A stretch of DNA of 64,000 nucleotides from Malacoraja senta (Eukaryota), in assembly GCA_038087875.1 (NCBI GenBank), contig CM075987.1, positions 21,764,001 to 21,828,000 of the forward strand, in the 5' to 3' direction. The notes beneath the pieces were generated by a model. It searched no databases and was not told where the DNA came from. It worked only from the letters and a program-made list of their open reading frames with translations. The position numbers and the translations under genes are program-made. Positions 26,001 through 36,768 of the stretch are shown here, piece by piece. Every line of letters begins with the position of its first letter. Position 1 is the stretch's first letter.

Positions 26001-29000
26001 TTTCCTACACATTTTGAAGAGTGATAGTTGTCTTTGATTGAAAGATATATACTGAGAGGTCTTGTCAGGGTGGATGTGAAGGGGAAGCTGTTTATTGTGA
26101 GAGAATCTAGAATCAAAAGTCTGTGTTTACCAGTAAGAGGTTGCCTCTTTGGACAAAGAAGGAAAGATTTCTTTATCTCAGAGGGCCTTGACTCTTTGGG
26201 CCCTCTGACTAAAGAAAATTCTCCTCATCTCCTTCCTAAAAGAACGTCCTTTAATTCGAAGGCCATGACCTCTAGTCCCAGACTCTCCCACGAGTGGAAA
26301 CATCCTCTCCACATCCACTCTATCCAAGCCTTTCACTAATCTGCAAATTTCAATAAGGTCCCCCCATGAAGAGAATGTTTAGTGAGATTACAGACAGATC
26401 AGCTGTAAAGCAGGTAGAGAACCCAAGGGGCCTGTTCTGCTCCTAATTCATAAAGGGTAGTCATAACTAATGCACTCGGAAGTTCAAGAAAAATCTTTCC
26501 TATAGAATGGTGAGAAAGTAAAACCTGCTAGTGCATGGATTTGAAGCGAAGGTAAGGAAGAATAAATGATGAATAGGAGACTGTAGAGCTAAGGTTGGTT
26601 AAAAGGAGATGAAAGCATTAAAACTGACAGACCCATTGAATCAGAAGCCACATTTCTGTTCAATGCTGCCAATACTCAACTGTACTGACCTGTGCTGGAC
26701 CTCTGGTCGATAGAAGTAATCCACAGGGTTATCCACACGGGAAAATATTGGAGGAGGGATATACAGCGGCAGCTCCTGATCAAAGAACTCCTTGTGTTCA
26801 GGCTTGCGGAGAATAACTTTGTCGTACATGGACATTTGTGAGCCTGCTGATGCATTGTGCAAGGCAAGAAACTGGAAATCAGACATACCTGTAAGACACA
26901 ATCAGGAGACTCACCAGACAATGAACCTGTAACAGCACAGCACAAGAACAGGTCCTTCAGCCCACAATAGTTGTACCGAACATGCCAAATCCAACTCTTA
27001 TCTGCCTTCACATATTCCATATCCATCCATTCCCTGCATATCCACATGCTTATCCAAGTCTCTTAAATGCCACTATTGTATCTGCCTCCACCACCTCCCC
27101 CGGCAGCGCATTCCAAGCACTCACCACCTTCTGTAAAAGAAAACACGTGCACATCTCCTATAATTGTTGCCCCTCTCGTTGTATATTTTGACACTCTTTC
27201 TCAGACTGCGACCTTGGCAATCTTGGTTTTATCTGCAAACTTACTAACCAACTTGTCTATGCTGACGTCAAGTCATTTATATATATCACAAGGAGCACAG
27301 GTCCTTGCCAAACTTCACTGGTCACCATCCTCCAGCCTGAATATTGTCCTTCCACCACATCACAATAGTCAGAGAGCGAGAGAGAAAACAAGAGCAAGAG
27401 AAAAAATCTAATTTGTCTTCAATTGATAGAGCCAGAATCAGCTGATAGAAAACAAATCCATTCCTTTTTAGACAATAGGTGCAGGAGTAGGCCATTCGGC
27501 CCTTCGAGCCAGCACTGCCATTCAATGTGATCATGGCTGATCATCCCCAATCAGTACCCCATTCCTGCCTTCTCCCCATATCCACTGACTCTGCTATTTT
27601 TAAGAGCCCTATCTAGCTCTCTCTTGAAAGCATCGTTTTAGGTCTATAGTTGGCACAGAACAGAACCAGCTCATATATAATAATTTCAAAGTAAAAATGA
27701 GGAGTTATACTGAAGATTTTGTAAATTATCAGTTAGGGCATATTGATTTCAGACCAGGATCTGAAAAGGTATCACAGGTTTAGTCACAAGAAATGTAGTG
27801 ATCACTGTTCTGGCAACAGAGAAGGATGAGAAGATAGTTTAAAGAATTGTTCAAAATCCTGATATTTGTTGGGAAGAGGAGACAAGAAAATGGCAGGAGG
27901 GTCAGTAACCAGAGAACACTGGAAAAAAATGGCAACAGAACTAGTGGAGATGAAGAGAATGTTTCCATCCAGTAAGCTATAAATGCATTGACTGACAGAA
28001 GCAGATTCAACAGTAATTTTCACTGGGAATTGGATAAATATTTTAAAAGGAAAACATCGATAGGACCAGTGGCAAGAGTAAAATTAACTGGATAACTCCC
28101 CCCCCCCCCCCCCACCCCCCCACCCCAAAGACTGACGCAGACATAATGGACCCAATGGCCGTTTATTTTATAAAGTATAAGAATATCTAACAACTGCCCA
28201 TGAAATATAAATCTTAAGAGGAGACAAAGATTTTTTTAATTTAATCCAAGAGAGGAGCACATTAAAATATTAAGGAAATGACCCAAGATGAAAGCAATGG
28301 GGAAATATGCCATTCAGGTAAAAAAAGACAAACAATTATCACCTGCTAACATTGTATAGAATGAAATAAAGTATACATTTCTGTAGTGCCTTTCACAATC
28401 TCAGGACATCCTAACGTTATTACAACTAATTATGATTTTTTGTGGCTACGCTTGCAGGGTAGCATATATTAGAGAACATTTGCACAAGCACCCACAATGT
28501 GATAATCGTTGGCTAACGAGTCTTTTAAAAAAATATCTTGGCTGAGACACAAAAAATGGCCAAGTCAATAAGCTTTTTTTTTTCAAGATTGTGTCACAGA
28601 ACTGTCCACATCCAAGTACCATGAAGGCTTTTCCCTCTCTTTTGCTCCACTGGCAAACATCCCTTGGTCAGCAAAGAACTTGATGGATCATAACACATTT
28701 CCTCCTCTTCTCCAACTCCAAAACAAAACTCCTGCACATTACTGGCTGAATTGAATTGAATATGGCATGAATTGAATTCATTTTCCCATTTCTTCTGAAG
28801 ACAAACAGCTGAATTATACACAATCCAACGATATGTTACCCTGAAATTTGTAAGTGGTCCCGATAACACCAAGAATTTCCATTTCATATTTAATCTCTTC
28901 TTCACATTCTCCTTCCTTTTGAGGTGCCTCTGCTCTGATTTTCTTCTTTTTCCTCTTGACCCGGAGTAGCATGCTGGTTGAGGGGAACCGGTTACCACAC

Positions 29001-32000
29001 ACAGGGTGGCAGTAAGGATCCTTTGGACGGAAGTGCAGTTCAAGTCTCCTGCTCGGATCAGCGTAAATCTATTCCAAAATAAACAGATTTTAAAGAATTA
29101 TTATCATAAACACCAGTTGGCCCTCAGTCAACCAGTTGGCCCTTCAGTAGATCGATTATTTGAAAAATCAGAGGACAAGGTTTAGTGTAGCAGATGCTTT
29201 GCTCAATGTCAATTTGCTCAAACTTAAGCAAATATGTATACACTCCTGTGTTCTGTGGGATGATTTAGGGCTCCTTTGAGATGGCAGATGGGCCAGCAAT
29301 TTAAAAAAAACCCATCTGGAATTCAATTTCCAATGTGCAACTCTCCCAGTACTGTCAGACTAGATCTTTGCACTCAAATCAATGGATGCGATTTGAATGG
29401 CAAACATAACTCTAAGAGGAGAGCCCCACCAGCAAGCCAAATAACCTTGTCACTAATTTCAGCACAGCAAGTGAAGGCAACCTTGTTTCACCTGTAAAAC
29501 ACAAAATACTAGTGCAACAGCGGGTAAAACATAATCTATGGAGGACGTAGACAGGTGATGTTTTCGGTCGGGATACTTCTTCAGATTTCCAGTCTGAGAG
29601 TGGAGCAGAACGTCTTCACAGTAGGCATACTTTTAGAAGATTTAGAAGTGGAACAGTAAAATTGAAACACAAGGAACTACAGATGCTGGAATCTTATGTA
29701 GAACACAAAGTGATGGAATAACTCAGCGGGTCAGGCAGCACCTCTGGAGATTATGGAAAGCATTTTATTTTCTACAGATGCAATGTAGAAAGCATTTTCT
29801 CTTCTATAGATGCGCCACAGAAGGCATTTTATCAGGATGTAGCACAGCATGGTTCGGGATCAGCTCCATCCACGACCGCAAGAAAGTGCAGAGCATTGTG
29901 GACTCCAACTGCACTTCACGCTGCCTCGGCAAGGCCACCAGCATATTCAAGGACCAATCTCACTCCGATCACTCCCTCTTCTCCCCTCTCCCATCAGGCA
30001 AGAGTACAGGTTTGAAAACACATACAGTGGCTTGCAAAAGTTTTCATACCCCTTGAACTTTTCCACATTTTGTCACGTTACAACCACAAACGTAAATGTA
30101 TTTTATTGGGATTTTATGTGATAGACCAACACAAAGTGGTGCATAATTGTGAAGTGGAAGGAAAATGATACATGGTTTTCAAATTTATTTACAAATAAAA
30201 AACTGAAAAGTGTCGCGTGCAAAAGTATTCAGCCCCCCTGAGTCAATACTTTGTAGAACCACCTTTCGCTGCAATTACAGCTGCAAGTCTTTTGGGGTAT
30301 GTCTCTACCAGCTTTGCACATCTAGAGACTGAAATTGTTGCCCATTCTTCTTTGCAAAATAGCTCAAGCTCAGTCAGATTGGATGGAGAGCGTCTGTGAA
30401 CAGCAATTTTCAAGTCTTGCCAGAGATTCTCAATTGGATTTAGGTCTGGACTTTGACTGGGCCATTCTAACACATGAATATGCTTTGATCTAAACCATTC
30501 CATTGTAGCTCTGGCTGTATGTTTAGGGTCGTTGTCCTGCTGGAAGGTGAACCTCCGCCCCAGTCTCAAGTCTTTTGCAGACTCTAACAGGTTTTCTTCC
30601 AAGATTGCCCTGTATTTGGCTCCATCCATCTTCCCATCAACTCTGACCAGCTTCCCTGTCCCTGCTGAAGAAAAGCATCCCCACAGCATGATGCTGCCAC
30701 CACCATGTTTCCGCCACACATAGCGTTTTGCATTTAGGCCAAAAAATTCAATTTTGGTCTCATCTGACCAGAGCACCTTCCTCCACATGTTTGCTGTGTC
30801 CCCCACATGGCTTGTGGCAAACTGCAAACGGGACTTCTTATGGCTTTTTTTCAACAATGGCTTTCTTCTTGCCACTCTTCCATAAAGGCCCGATTTGTGG
30901 AGTGCACGACTAATAGTTGTCCTGTGGACAGATTCTCCCACCTGAGCTGTGGATCTCTGCAGCTCCTCCAGAGTTACCATGGGCCTCTTGGCTGCTTCTC
31001 TGATCAATGTTCTCCTTGCCCGGCCTGTCAGTTTAGGTGGACGGCCATGTCTTGGTAGGTTGGTAGTTGTGCCATACTCTTTCCATTTTTGGATGATGGA
31101 TTGAACAGTGCTCTGTGAGATGTTCAAAGCTTGGGATATTTGTTTATAACCTAACCCTGCTTTAAACTTCTCCACAACTTTATCCCTGACCTGTCTGGTG
31201 TGTTCCACGGGCTTCATGATGCTGTTTGTTCACTAATGTTCTCTAACAAACCTCTGAGGCCTTCACAGAACAGCTGAATTTATACTGAGATTAGATTACA
31301 CACAAGTGGACTCTATTTACTAATTAGGTGACTTCTGAAGGCAATTGGTTGCACTGGATTTTATTTAGGGGTATCAGAGTAAAGGGGGCTGAATACTTTT
31401 GCACGCGACACTTTTCAGTTTTTTATTTGTAAAAAAATTTGAATACCATGTATCATTTTCCTTCCACTTCACAATTATGCGCCACTTTGTGTTGGTCTAT
31501 GACATAAAATCCCAATAAAATACATTTACGTTTGTGGTTGTAACGTGACAAAATGTGGAAAACGTTCAAGGGGTATGAATACTTTTGCAAGCCGCTGTAC
31601 CTCCAGATTCAGGGACAGTTTATTCCCAGCTGTTATCAGGCAGCTCCTCACACCAGCTAGAGTACAGTCTTGACAGTCTCCTCACACCAGTCTGATGAAG
31701 GGTTTCGGCCCGAAACGTTACCTATTTCCTTCGCTCCATAGATGCTGCTGCACCCGCTGAGTTTCTCCAGCATTTTTGTGTACCTTCGATTTTCCAGCAT
31801 CTGCAGTTCCTTCTTTAACACTACAGTCTTGACCTCCCATCTACCTCATTGGAGACCTTTGAACTACCTTTAATTGGACTTTATCTTGCACTAAATGTTG
31901 TCGCCGTTATCCTTTATTTGTACACAGTGGACGGCTTGATTGTTACCATGTATATACTTTTCTTTGACTGGATAACGTGCAACAACAAAAAAGCTTCACT

Positions 32001-32467
32001 GTACCTCGGTACACGTGATAATAATAAACTAAACTAAGGGTCTGGAGCCGAAGCGTCACCCATTCCTTTTCTCCAGAGATGCTGCCTGACCCACTAAAGT
32101 AGCTCCAGATCTCCGTGTTTAACTTAAGGCTCCAGCATCTGCAGTTCTCCTTGATGTGGGGGGGACCCGCGGTTGGAGGGGGAGGGGGGGGGGAGAGGTT
32201 AAGGCCGTTCCTGGGGCGAGTGGAGAAGGCCGGAGCGCCCCGACTCACCCGGGAGACCCCCTCCTCCCCGCCCAGCGTCTCCAGCATCTTCAGCGGGTCG
32301 CGGACAACCCCGGGGTACTCGGCGCACACCAGTCGCTTCCCGGCGTCAAAGTGCACTTTCACCGCCGTAGTCTGCAAACCGGCAAACTTGGCGCCAGACC
32401 CCTGCTCGGGTGTCGGCTTCAGCACAGGTTCCGCCTCCACTTCCATCGTCTCAATGACAGCCGCCAT
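10900..32467 (-). CDS. GTF3C5: General transcription factor IIIC subunit 5 (TFIIIC63), complete, 11 coding exons, 539 aa
   Basis: Exons 32467-32249, 29068-28840, 26888-26690, 25432-25237, 24616-24512, 23589-23475, 21983-21903, 14353-14256, 13623-13541, 12743-12601 and 11051-10900 sum to 1620 nt in frame. Motifs EYPGVV, FRPKDPYCHP, GPWRSLWVRFGYDPR, and acidic C-terminus SENEMETEILDYI. Confidence 0.96.
12601..12743 (-). CDS. GTF3C5: GTF3C5 exon 10
   Basis: LKKIIHRNNGKETTCNERDGWCLPKTSDDLRDRMS... Confidence 0.93.
13007..13308 (+). mobile_element. HE1-like tRNA-derived V-SINE
   Basis: tRNA-like head (ggcacggtggtgcagcggtagagttgctgcctcacagcgcc...gttcgatcct), V-domain-like core (ccggtttcctcccaca), CR1-type 3' tail ending (ctaaa)n. 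Confidence 0.85.
13541..13623 (-). CDS. GTF3C5: GTF3C5 exon 9
   Basis: ESVYIFREDTLPPYRQMFYQLCDLDVD. Confidence 0.93.
14256..14353 (-). CDS. GTF3C5: GTF3C5 exon 8
   Basis: VPQVVRIQDLTKAPKILSFPHRRMLTLSGYKLK; phase 1 in, phase 0 out, GTAAGT donor. Confidence 0.85.
15485..16817 (-). mobile_element. CR1-clade LINE, 5'-truncated, nested in DIRS gag region
   Basis: 267-aa RT C-terminus (SGVPQGSVLGP, KFADDTK, RPHLEYCVQFW); (ATTCTATG)n tail; gggcca direct repeat at 15479-15484 and 16818-16823. Confidence 0.93.
17750..19673 (+). pseudogene. DIRS pol: RT, RNase H and methyltransferase-like domain (disrupted)
   Basis: KKDGGCRIILDL, IDLKDTYY, LPNGLTSAPRIFTK, YLYD (YLDD mutated), QTDAS..GWGA, NTIAD, DLFASRLNHQL, YIFPLF. 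Confidence 0.9.
19674..20640 (+). pseudogene. DIRS tyrosine recombinase (disrupted by stops/frameshift)
   Basis: PRYMTIWDVSVVL, TAQRVQ (catalytic R), HSTR, AAGWS, FQHFY; in-frame TGA at 20128-20130. Confidence 0.9.
21903..21983 (-). CDS. GTF3C5: GTF3C5 exon 7
   Basis: GYMPSDMPVKAKRSTFNYSLPITISKP. Confidence 0.92.
22101..22194 (-). mobile_element. Penelope-derived short repeat
   Basis: Reverse complement reads gtctgaagaagggtttcggcccgaaacgttgcc... Confidence 0.75.
23475..23589 (-). CDS. GTF3C5: GTF3C5 exon 6
   Basis: LTGPWRSLWVRFGYDPRKDSKAKIYQVLDFRLRCSTKH. Confidence 0.94.
24108..24248 (-). mobile_element. ~140-bp short retroposon with HDV-like ribozyme head and (GAA)n tail, copy 1
   Basis: Similar over its full length to 45800-45932 on the opposite strand; interrupts a CR1 fragment. 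Confidence 0.8.
24195..24248 (-). ncRNA. Minimal HDV/CPEB3-like self-cleaving ribozyme (predicted)
   Basis: P1 GGGGUGG/CCACCCU with G1.U wobble, P2 GAUUGCA/UGCAAUC, P3 ACC/GGU, L3 UUCAUGU, J4/2 CUAA. Confidence 0.75.
24512..24616 (-). CDS. GTF3C5: GTF3C5 exon 5
   Basis: IFAIRPVWSRNAVKSNINVHPEKLKLLLPFVAYYM. Confidence 0.94.
25237..25432 (-). CDS. GTF3C5: GTF3C5 exon 4
   Basis: EGYQPPKLSNENLIGLGRARRPHNAIFVNFDD...EEELKG. Confidence 0.94.
26690..26888 (-). CDS. GTF3C5: GTF3C5 exon 3
   Basis: GMSDFQFLA...ELPLYIPPPIFSRVDNPVDYFYRPEVQH. Confidence 0.94.
28840..29068 (-). CDS. GTF3C5: GTF3C5 exon 2
   Basis: IYADPSRRLELHFRPKDPYCHPVCGNRF...EILGVIGTTYKFQ. Confidence 0.94.
30025..31597 (-). mobile_element. 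Tc1/mariner DNA transposon (DD34E, long IR/DR-type TIRs)
   Basis: ~213-bp TIRs (30025-30237 and 31384-31597), TA target duplication at 30023-24 and 31598-99. Confidence 0.96.
30243..31217 (-). CDS. Tc1 transposase, open 324-aa ORF with probable internal in-frame deletion
   Basis: Paired-like HTH, GRPPK, WSDE, FQQDNDPKH, SPDLNPIE; 34 residues between the second D and E. Confidence 0.88.
   Translation of the reverse strand: MKPVEHTRQVRDKVVEKFKAGLGYKQISQALNISQSTVQSIIQKWKEYGTTTNLPRHGRPPKLTGRARRTLIREAAKRPMVTLEELQRSTAQVGESVHRTTISRALHKSGLYGRVARRKPLLKKSHKKSRLQFATSHVGDTANMWRKVLWSDETKIEFFGLNAKRYVWRKHGGGSIMLWGCFSSAGTGKLVRVDGKMDGAKYRAILEENLLESAKDLRLGRRFTFQQDNDPKHTARATMEWFRSKHIHVLEWPSQSPDLNPIENLWQDLKIAVHRRSPSNLTELELFCKEEWATISVSRCAKLVETYPKRLAAVIAAKGGSTKY
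31689..31821 (+). mobile_element. Penelope-derived short repeat with best-preserved hammerhead-like core
   Basis: gtCTGATGAagggtttcggcccGAAAcgttacc... Confidence 0.75.
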
Positions 32468-32522
32468 GGCAGCATCTGGTCCCACACCTAACTACGTCCG
32501 GCGTCACGATGTTGGTTCCGCT
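32155..32522. promoter_or_regulatory. CpG-rich island over GTF3C5 first exon and promoter
   Basis: Sharp local rise in GC and CpG content relative to the AT-rich flanks. Confidence 0.65.
32249..32467 (-). CDS. GTF3C5: GTF3C5 exon 1
   Basis: MAAVIETME...RLVCAEYPGVVRDPLKMLETLGGEEGVSR; gccATGg Kozak context, GTGAGT donor. Confidence 0.92.
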
Positions 32523-33084
32523 TAACATTAAGTTATATTCAAGTACTATAATTATTAAACTATGCACACAGCAATGTGATGACAACCAATTTCCCCCTCC
32601 CAGTAATAGCGAGTGAAGGATACATATGGTCAGGAGTTTGGCTCATCTTCTCTATTTTTCTTTTAAGATTACATGATTTTTCAACGCCCATCCCTGGGAG
32701 GGGCACTGACACCTGTTTAAATGTGTAGGAAGGAACTGCAGATACTGGTTTACACCCAAGATAGACACAACATGCTGGAGTAACTCACCGGGACAGGCAG
32801 CATCTCTGGAGTCAGAACAGGGGTCTCGACCCGAAATGTCACCCATACCTTTTCTTCAGAGATGCTGCCAGCCCCGCTGAGCATTTTATGTCTATCCTAT
32901 TTATTTTTTTAAAGGCTCTTCTGTCACAACAGTACTGGGAGTTGTGTTCAATTCTTGTCCACCACCTTTCTTTCCAAGATCTAGATGTTAGCGACCTTGC
33001 TTTCAAAGGAAGTGTTTCTTACGTTTACTTGTTCATACTCTTGTGAATAACAGCAGGGATATTTAAATGTACTCACAACATGAA

Positions 33085-34115
33085 GTCAGAGTAATACAGC
33101 AAGGAAACATGCCCTTAGACGCAAATCATCCAAATTAACGAATTTGCTCATTTAAGCTAGCTTCATTTGCCTGCTTTGGACCCACGTCTCTCTGAACATT
33201 CCCCACCTATGTACCTGTCCAAATGTATTAAAATGTTGTTATTGTACCAGCTTCAACCATTTTCCCTGGGAGCTTGTTTGAGCCCTCATGTTGCCCCTCA
33301 GGTCTTTAATCTTTTCATTCTCACCATAAACCTTTGTCCACTCCTGACACCCTCCCTATCACTCAGACCATCAAGTCCCAGTAATATTCTTTCCAAAGAT
33401 TGGAAAGAGCAACTTTGCAATTATGTCTTTCCCCATAGCAAGGCAACCAAACTGTACTCAATACTCCCAAGTGTGGTCTCACCTACATCTTTACAGATAC
33501 AGTATAACATCCCAACTGCTATACTGAATGTCTTTACTGATGAAGACCAGTATGTAGTTTAATTCTATTTTAACCACCTTGTCCACCTGTGACACCACTT
33601 TGAAGAAACTGTACTTGTGCTCCTCGGTCCTTCTTGTTCTTCAACATTCCCCAGGGCCTTACCATTCACTGTGAAAGTCCTACCCTGCTTTGACTTCCCA
33701 AAATGTAATATTTCACGCATATCAGAATTGAACACCATTTGCCATTCCTTGGCCCCCTTACCTAGCTGACCAAGATTTTACTGTAATTTTTGACAAACAT
33801 CTTCACTATCTCCAATATCTCCAATTTGTGTCATTTGCAAACCTATACATGCCTTGTATATTTTTATCCAAATCATTTAAATAAATGTAGAACAGCCATG
33901 GGCCCAGCATCAATCCCTGTAGCATGGCACTAGTCATAAGTCCCCATTATGAAAAAACCCTTCCAACATCACCCTCTACTTCCTATCATTAAGCCAATTA
34001 CGTATCCACTTGGGTACCCCTCCCTAGATCCTAAGCGACATATCTTTCAGACATGACTACCATGTGGGACTTTGTCAAAGGCCTTGCTGAAATCCCACTG
34101 GACAACATCCACATC
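33085..34115 (-). mobile_element. Decayed CR1 LINE fragment
   Basis: Minus-strand CR1 RT similarity (ccatgtgggactttgtcaaaggccttgctgaaatcc; aactgtactcaatactcccaagtgtggtct). Confidence 0.7.
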
Positions 34116-36299
34116 TGGACACCTGGGCTAACACTGCAATTTATGTTGATCATATATTAGGGTTCGGATCACCCAGTCTCTAATGTTAATAAAATTAATT
34201 TTAATATCATGCCAAATGTATTAAAGTTATGGGTTAAGGGTTTTCAAGAGGGACAAGATTTGATTCTCACTAAAACCAGGTCTATAATCCCAAGGCCTAA
34301 TAACAAGGTAAGCATGAGCTGACTTGGTAACCCTGTTAGACAGATGGATGCAAAATTGTTCCAGCAGCTTTACATTACCAAACACAATAAATTGCAGATG
34401 CTAATTTACAAAACAAGACAAAATGTTGGAGTAACTCAGATCAAGCAGCATTTCTGGTGAACATGGAGACGGAAGAAGGGTCCCAATCCAAAATATCGCC
34501 TATCTATGTTCTCCAGAGATAGTCTCTCACCCACAGAGTTATTCCAGCACTTTGAGTCTTTTAAAAAATATATTAAGCTGTTTGCTTCCCAAACCAAATC
34601 TCACTCAGTCTATGCTACCACAGTGGTGGTACATAGCAACACTAGAATGCATTAATTTATTTATTCCCTGACTTCAAACATGAAGAGCAATGTTTTGGAA
34701 ACATCACATTTCATTCTATTCTAGTGTAGTCATATTTTTCTATTCTTTCACACCCAGCAAGTCAATATTCTAACCAGAGCTATTAAGAGCACAGCTGCAA
34801 GGACTCCAGCAGGTCACAGGCACCAAAATCTCCAACCCAAAGGAACTAACAAAAAAAAGCAGGGAATGTAGCCTGCTGATGATGCTCTCGCTTTGGGGAA
34901 TAAACAGCACGTGGACAAATGAGAAATCACCAGCATGATAGAATTTAATCCAGTATTTATTCTCTGCAGACCAGCACTGTCCTTTGATATTGAAACAAAT
35001 CAGGCAGCACCATATTAATTAGTTCTTAATCCAATTAAGTAGTAAAATAAGCAATTATAGACCAATTAAAAAGATCTTCCATCATTTAAAACGGTAGAGA
35101 TGCCTTGAATTTTGGGCAATTTTAAAAGTGCATTTCTACTCCCTTGTGTTAGTAATGACAGTGCAATATCTTACTTATTTTAAACAAGAGGAATTCTATA
35201 ACCTACAAAAAATTGCTTTTCTAGCTTGTATACTTTACTTCACTGTTCATAATATTTGATAGGCCAAAAATTAGTACATCAGAGAGACCAAGGATGAAAG
35301 ACAACAATCAATTCTATTTTGATATACACCTGAAGCTGTACAAAGGGTTTGCACTGCATCCACATTCCAGATGAAAATACTGAAAAGGTAATAACAATCG
35401 TCAGAAGATAAATAAATTTAATCAAAAAGAATTGCAATTGTGGAGGGTAGCCCTTTATTGAATCACTGCGCAATAATCATTGTCAACTCAACTGTGAACC
35501 CCCCAAAAATACTGTATCTGAGCAGTCAAACCAAACCTTTGCCCCCACCTCCAGGTGACGCACGAATCTTGCACGATACCAAGAACAAAGCCATCATACT
35601 TCAAATGGTGGGTCAAGGGCTTTAGTTTCGATTCATAACAAGCAGTCCTGCCTCCAGCCTCTGGCTTGATTCCAAATGTGGCGAGCAAATTCAAAACTCT
35701 AAATCATTGCAGTACAGTAAACAGCAACTGCAGTGCCGAGGGAAAGTGGTGGCGGTGGGAGAGGAGTGGGGGGGGGGGGGTTAAAATCACAGCAGTGTTT
35801 CATTATTTAGAGTACACAGTCCGACAGATCGCTCCTGCGGGAAGTTGGTCCAGCCTTTCTTTTGAACACCGCAAGATAGTTAGTCTGCTTGTACGATGAA
35901 CGGTTTCAAGGTCACGCTTCCATCCCAACTGAAGAGGAGCAGTCCGATTGGGTCAGCAGCAAGCATTAGAAGGGGAGGGAGTATAAAAGGTTCCAATCAG
36001 ATGTTCCGTCATAACTGGGTGGCCATCGTACACAGACATCATATGTACAACATAATGTAGTGCAAAACATTAAAGACAACATATTTGTTCACAGTTAAAC
36101 AGGAATTTGATGTCTTTTTTCCCCTCTTAAATATATAAACATTCCATTGAAGGAAACATGACTCCTTTACTGGATTGTACCTTGTTTTAAACTTATGACA
36201 TGCTTACAAAGCAAAGCAGGCATTAACTGCTCAGAATAATACTGACTAAGTTTCTTTCCATTCCACCCACCCACCCCCCACCCCTCCTCCCCCCAAAAA

Positions 36300-36768
36300 T
36301 TAATTCTGGTCATGATGTGTTCCGTCATAGTCCATTATGCTGAGCTGTCTGACACTTTCAGGGCTGGGTTTTTGCACTGGCACCTGCAGTTTCAAGGGGC
36401 CCAAAGAACTGCCCAGCTCCATGTTGTATTCAGTTTTGAGGGAGTCCAAAAGGCTGTCCATCTTGGGCCGCTCATTGTCACACTGGCTTTCGCTCTTGTT
36501 CCTGAATAGCTCACGGGCACGCATCCCAAGGAAACTCTTGGAATTGGGATAGGAGCCGACAGTGACTGGTGTTGTGGGCTGCTCCAGAAAGATCATACTT
36601 GGGGCACCCTGGCTCTGGTCCATCAGCTCAGACACCATTGGCGGTGGCTGCGCTTTCCTGTTGGGAGATCGATCAATGCTGGGGGCCATTGGGGGCTTGG
36701 CTTGCTTGTTTATGTTCTCTGCATCCGAGTTCTCATCGAATGATTCAGAAATGACAAGGTTTTCAGCC
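36300..36768 (-). CDS. TSC1: TSC1 last coding exon
   Basis: ...[22 protein letters not shown]...[15 protein letters not shown]. Confidence 0.9.

Larger units (their letters stand above)
29790..32035 (+). mobile_element. Rex1/Babar LINE 3' remnant interrupted by Tc1 and Penelope-derived insertions
   Basis: ...ctcccatcaggcaagagtacaggtttgaaaacaca[TA-Tc1-TA]cctccagattcagggacagttt... continues to an aataaactaaac tail. Confidence 0.65.

Noticed and set aside
32115..32525. Plus-strand ORFs antisense to GTF3C5 exon 1
   Set aside because: Expected by-product of GC-rich coding sequence on the other strand.
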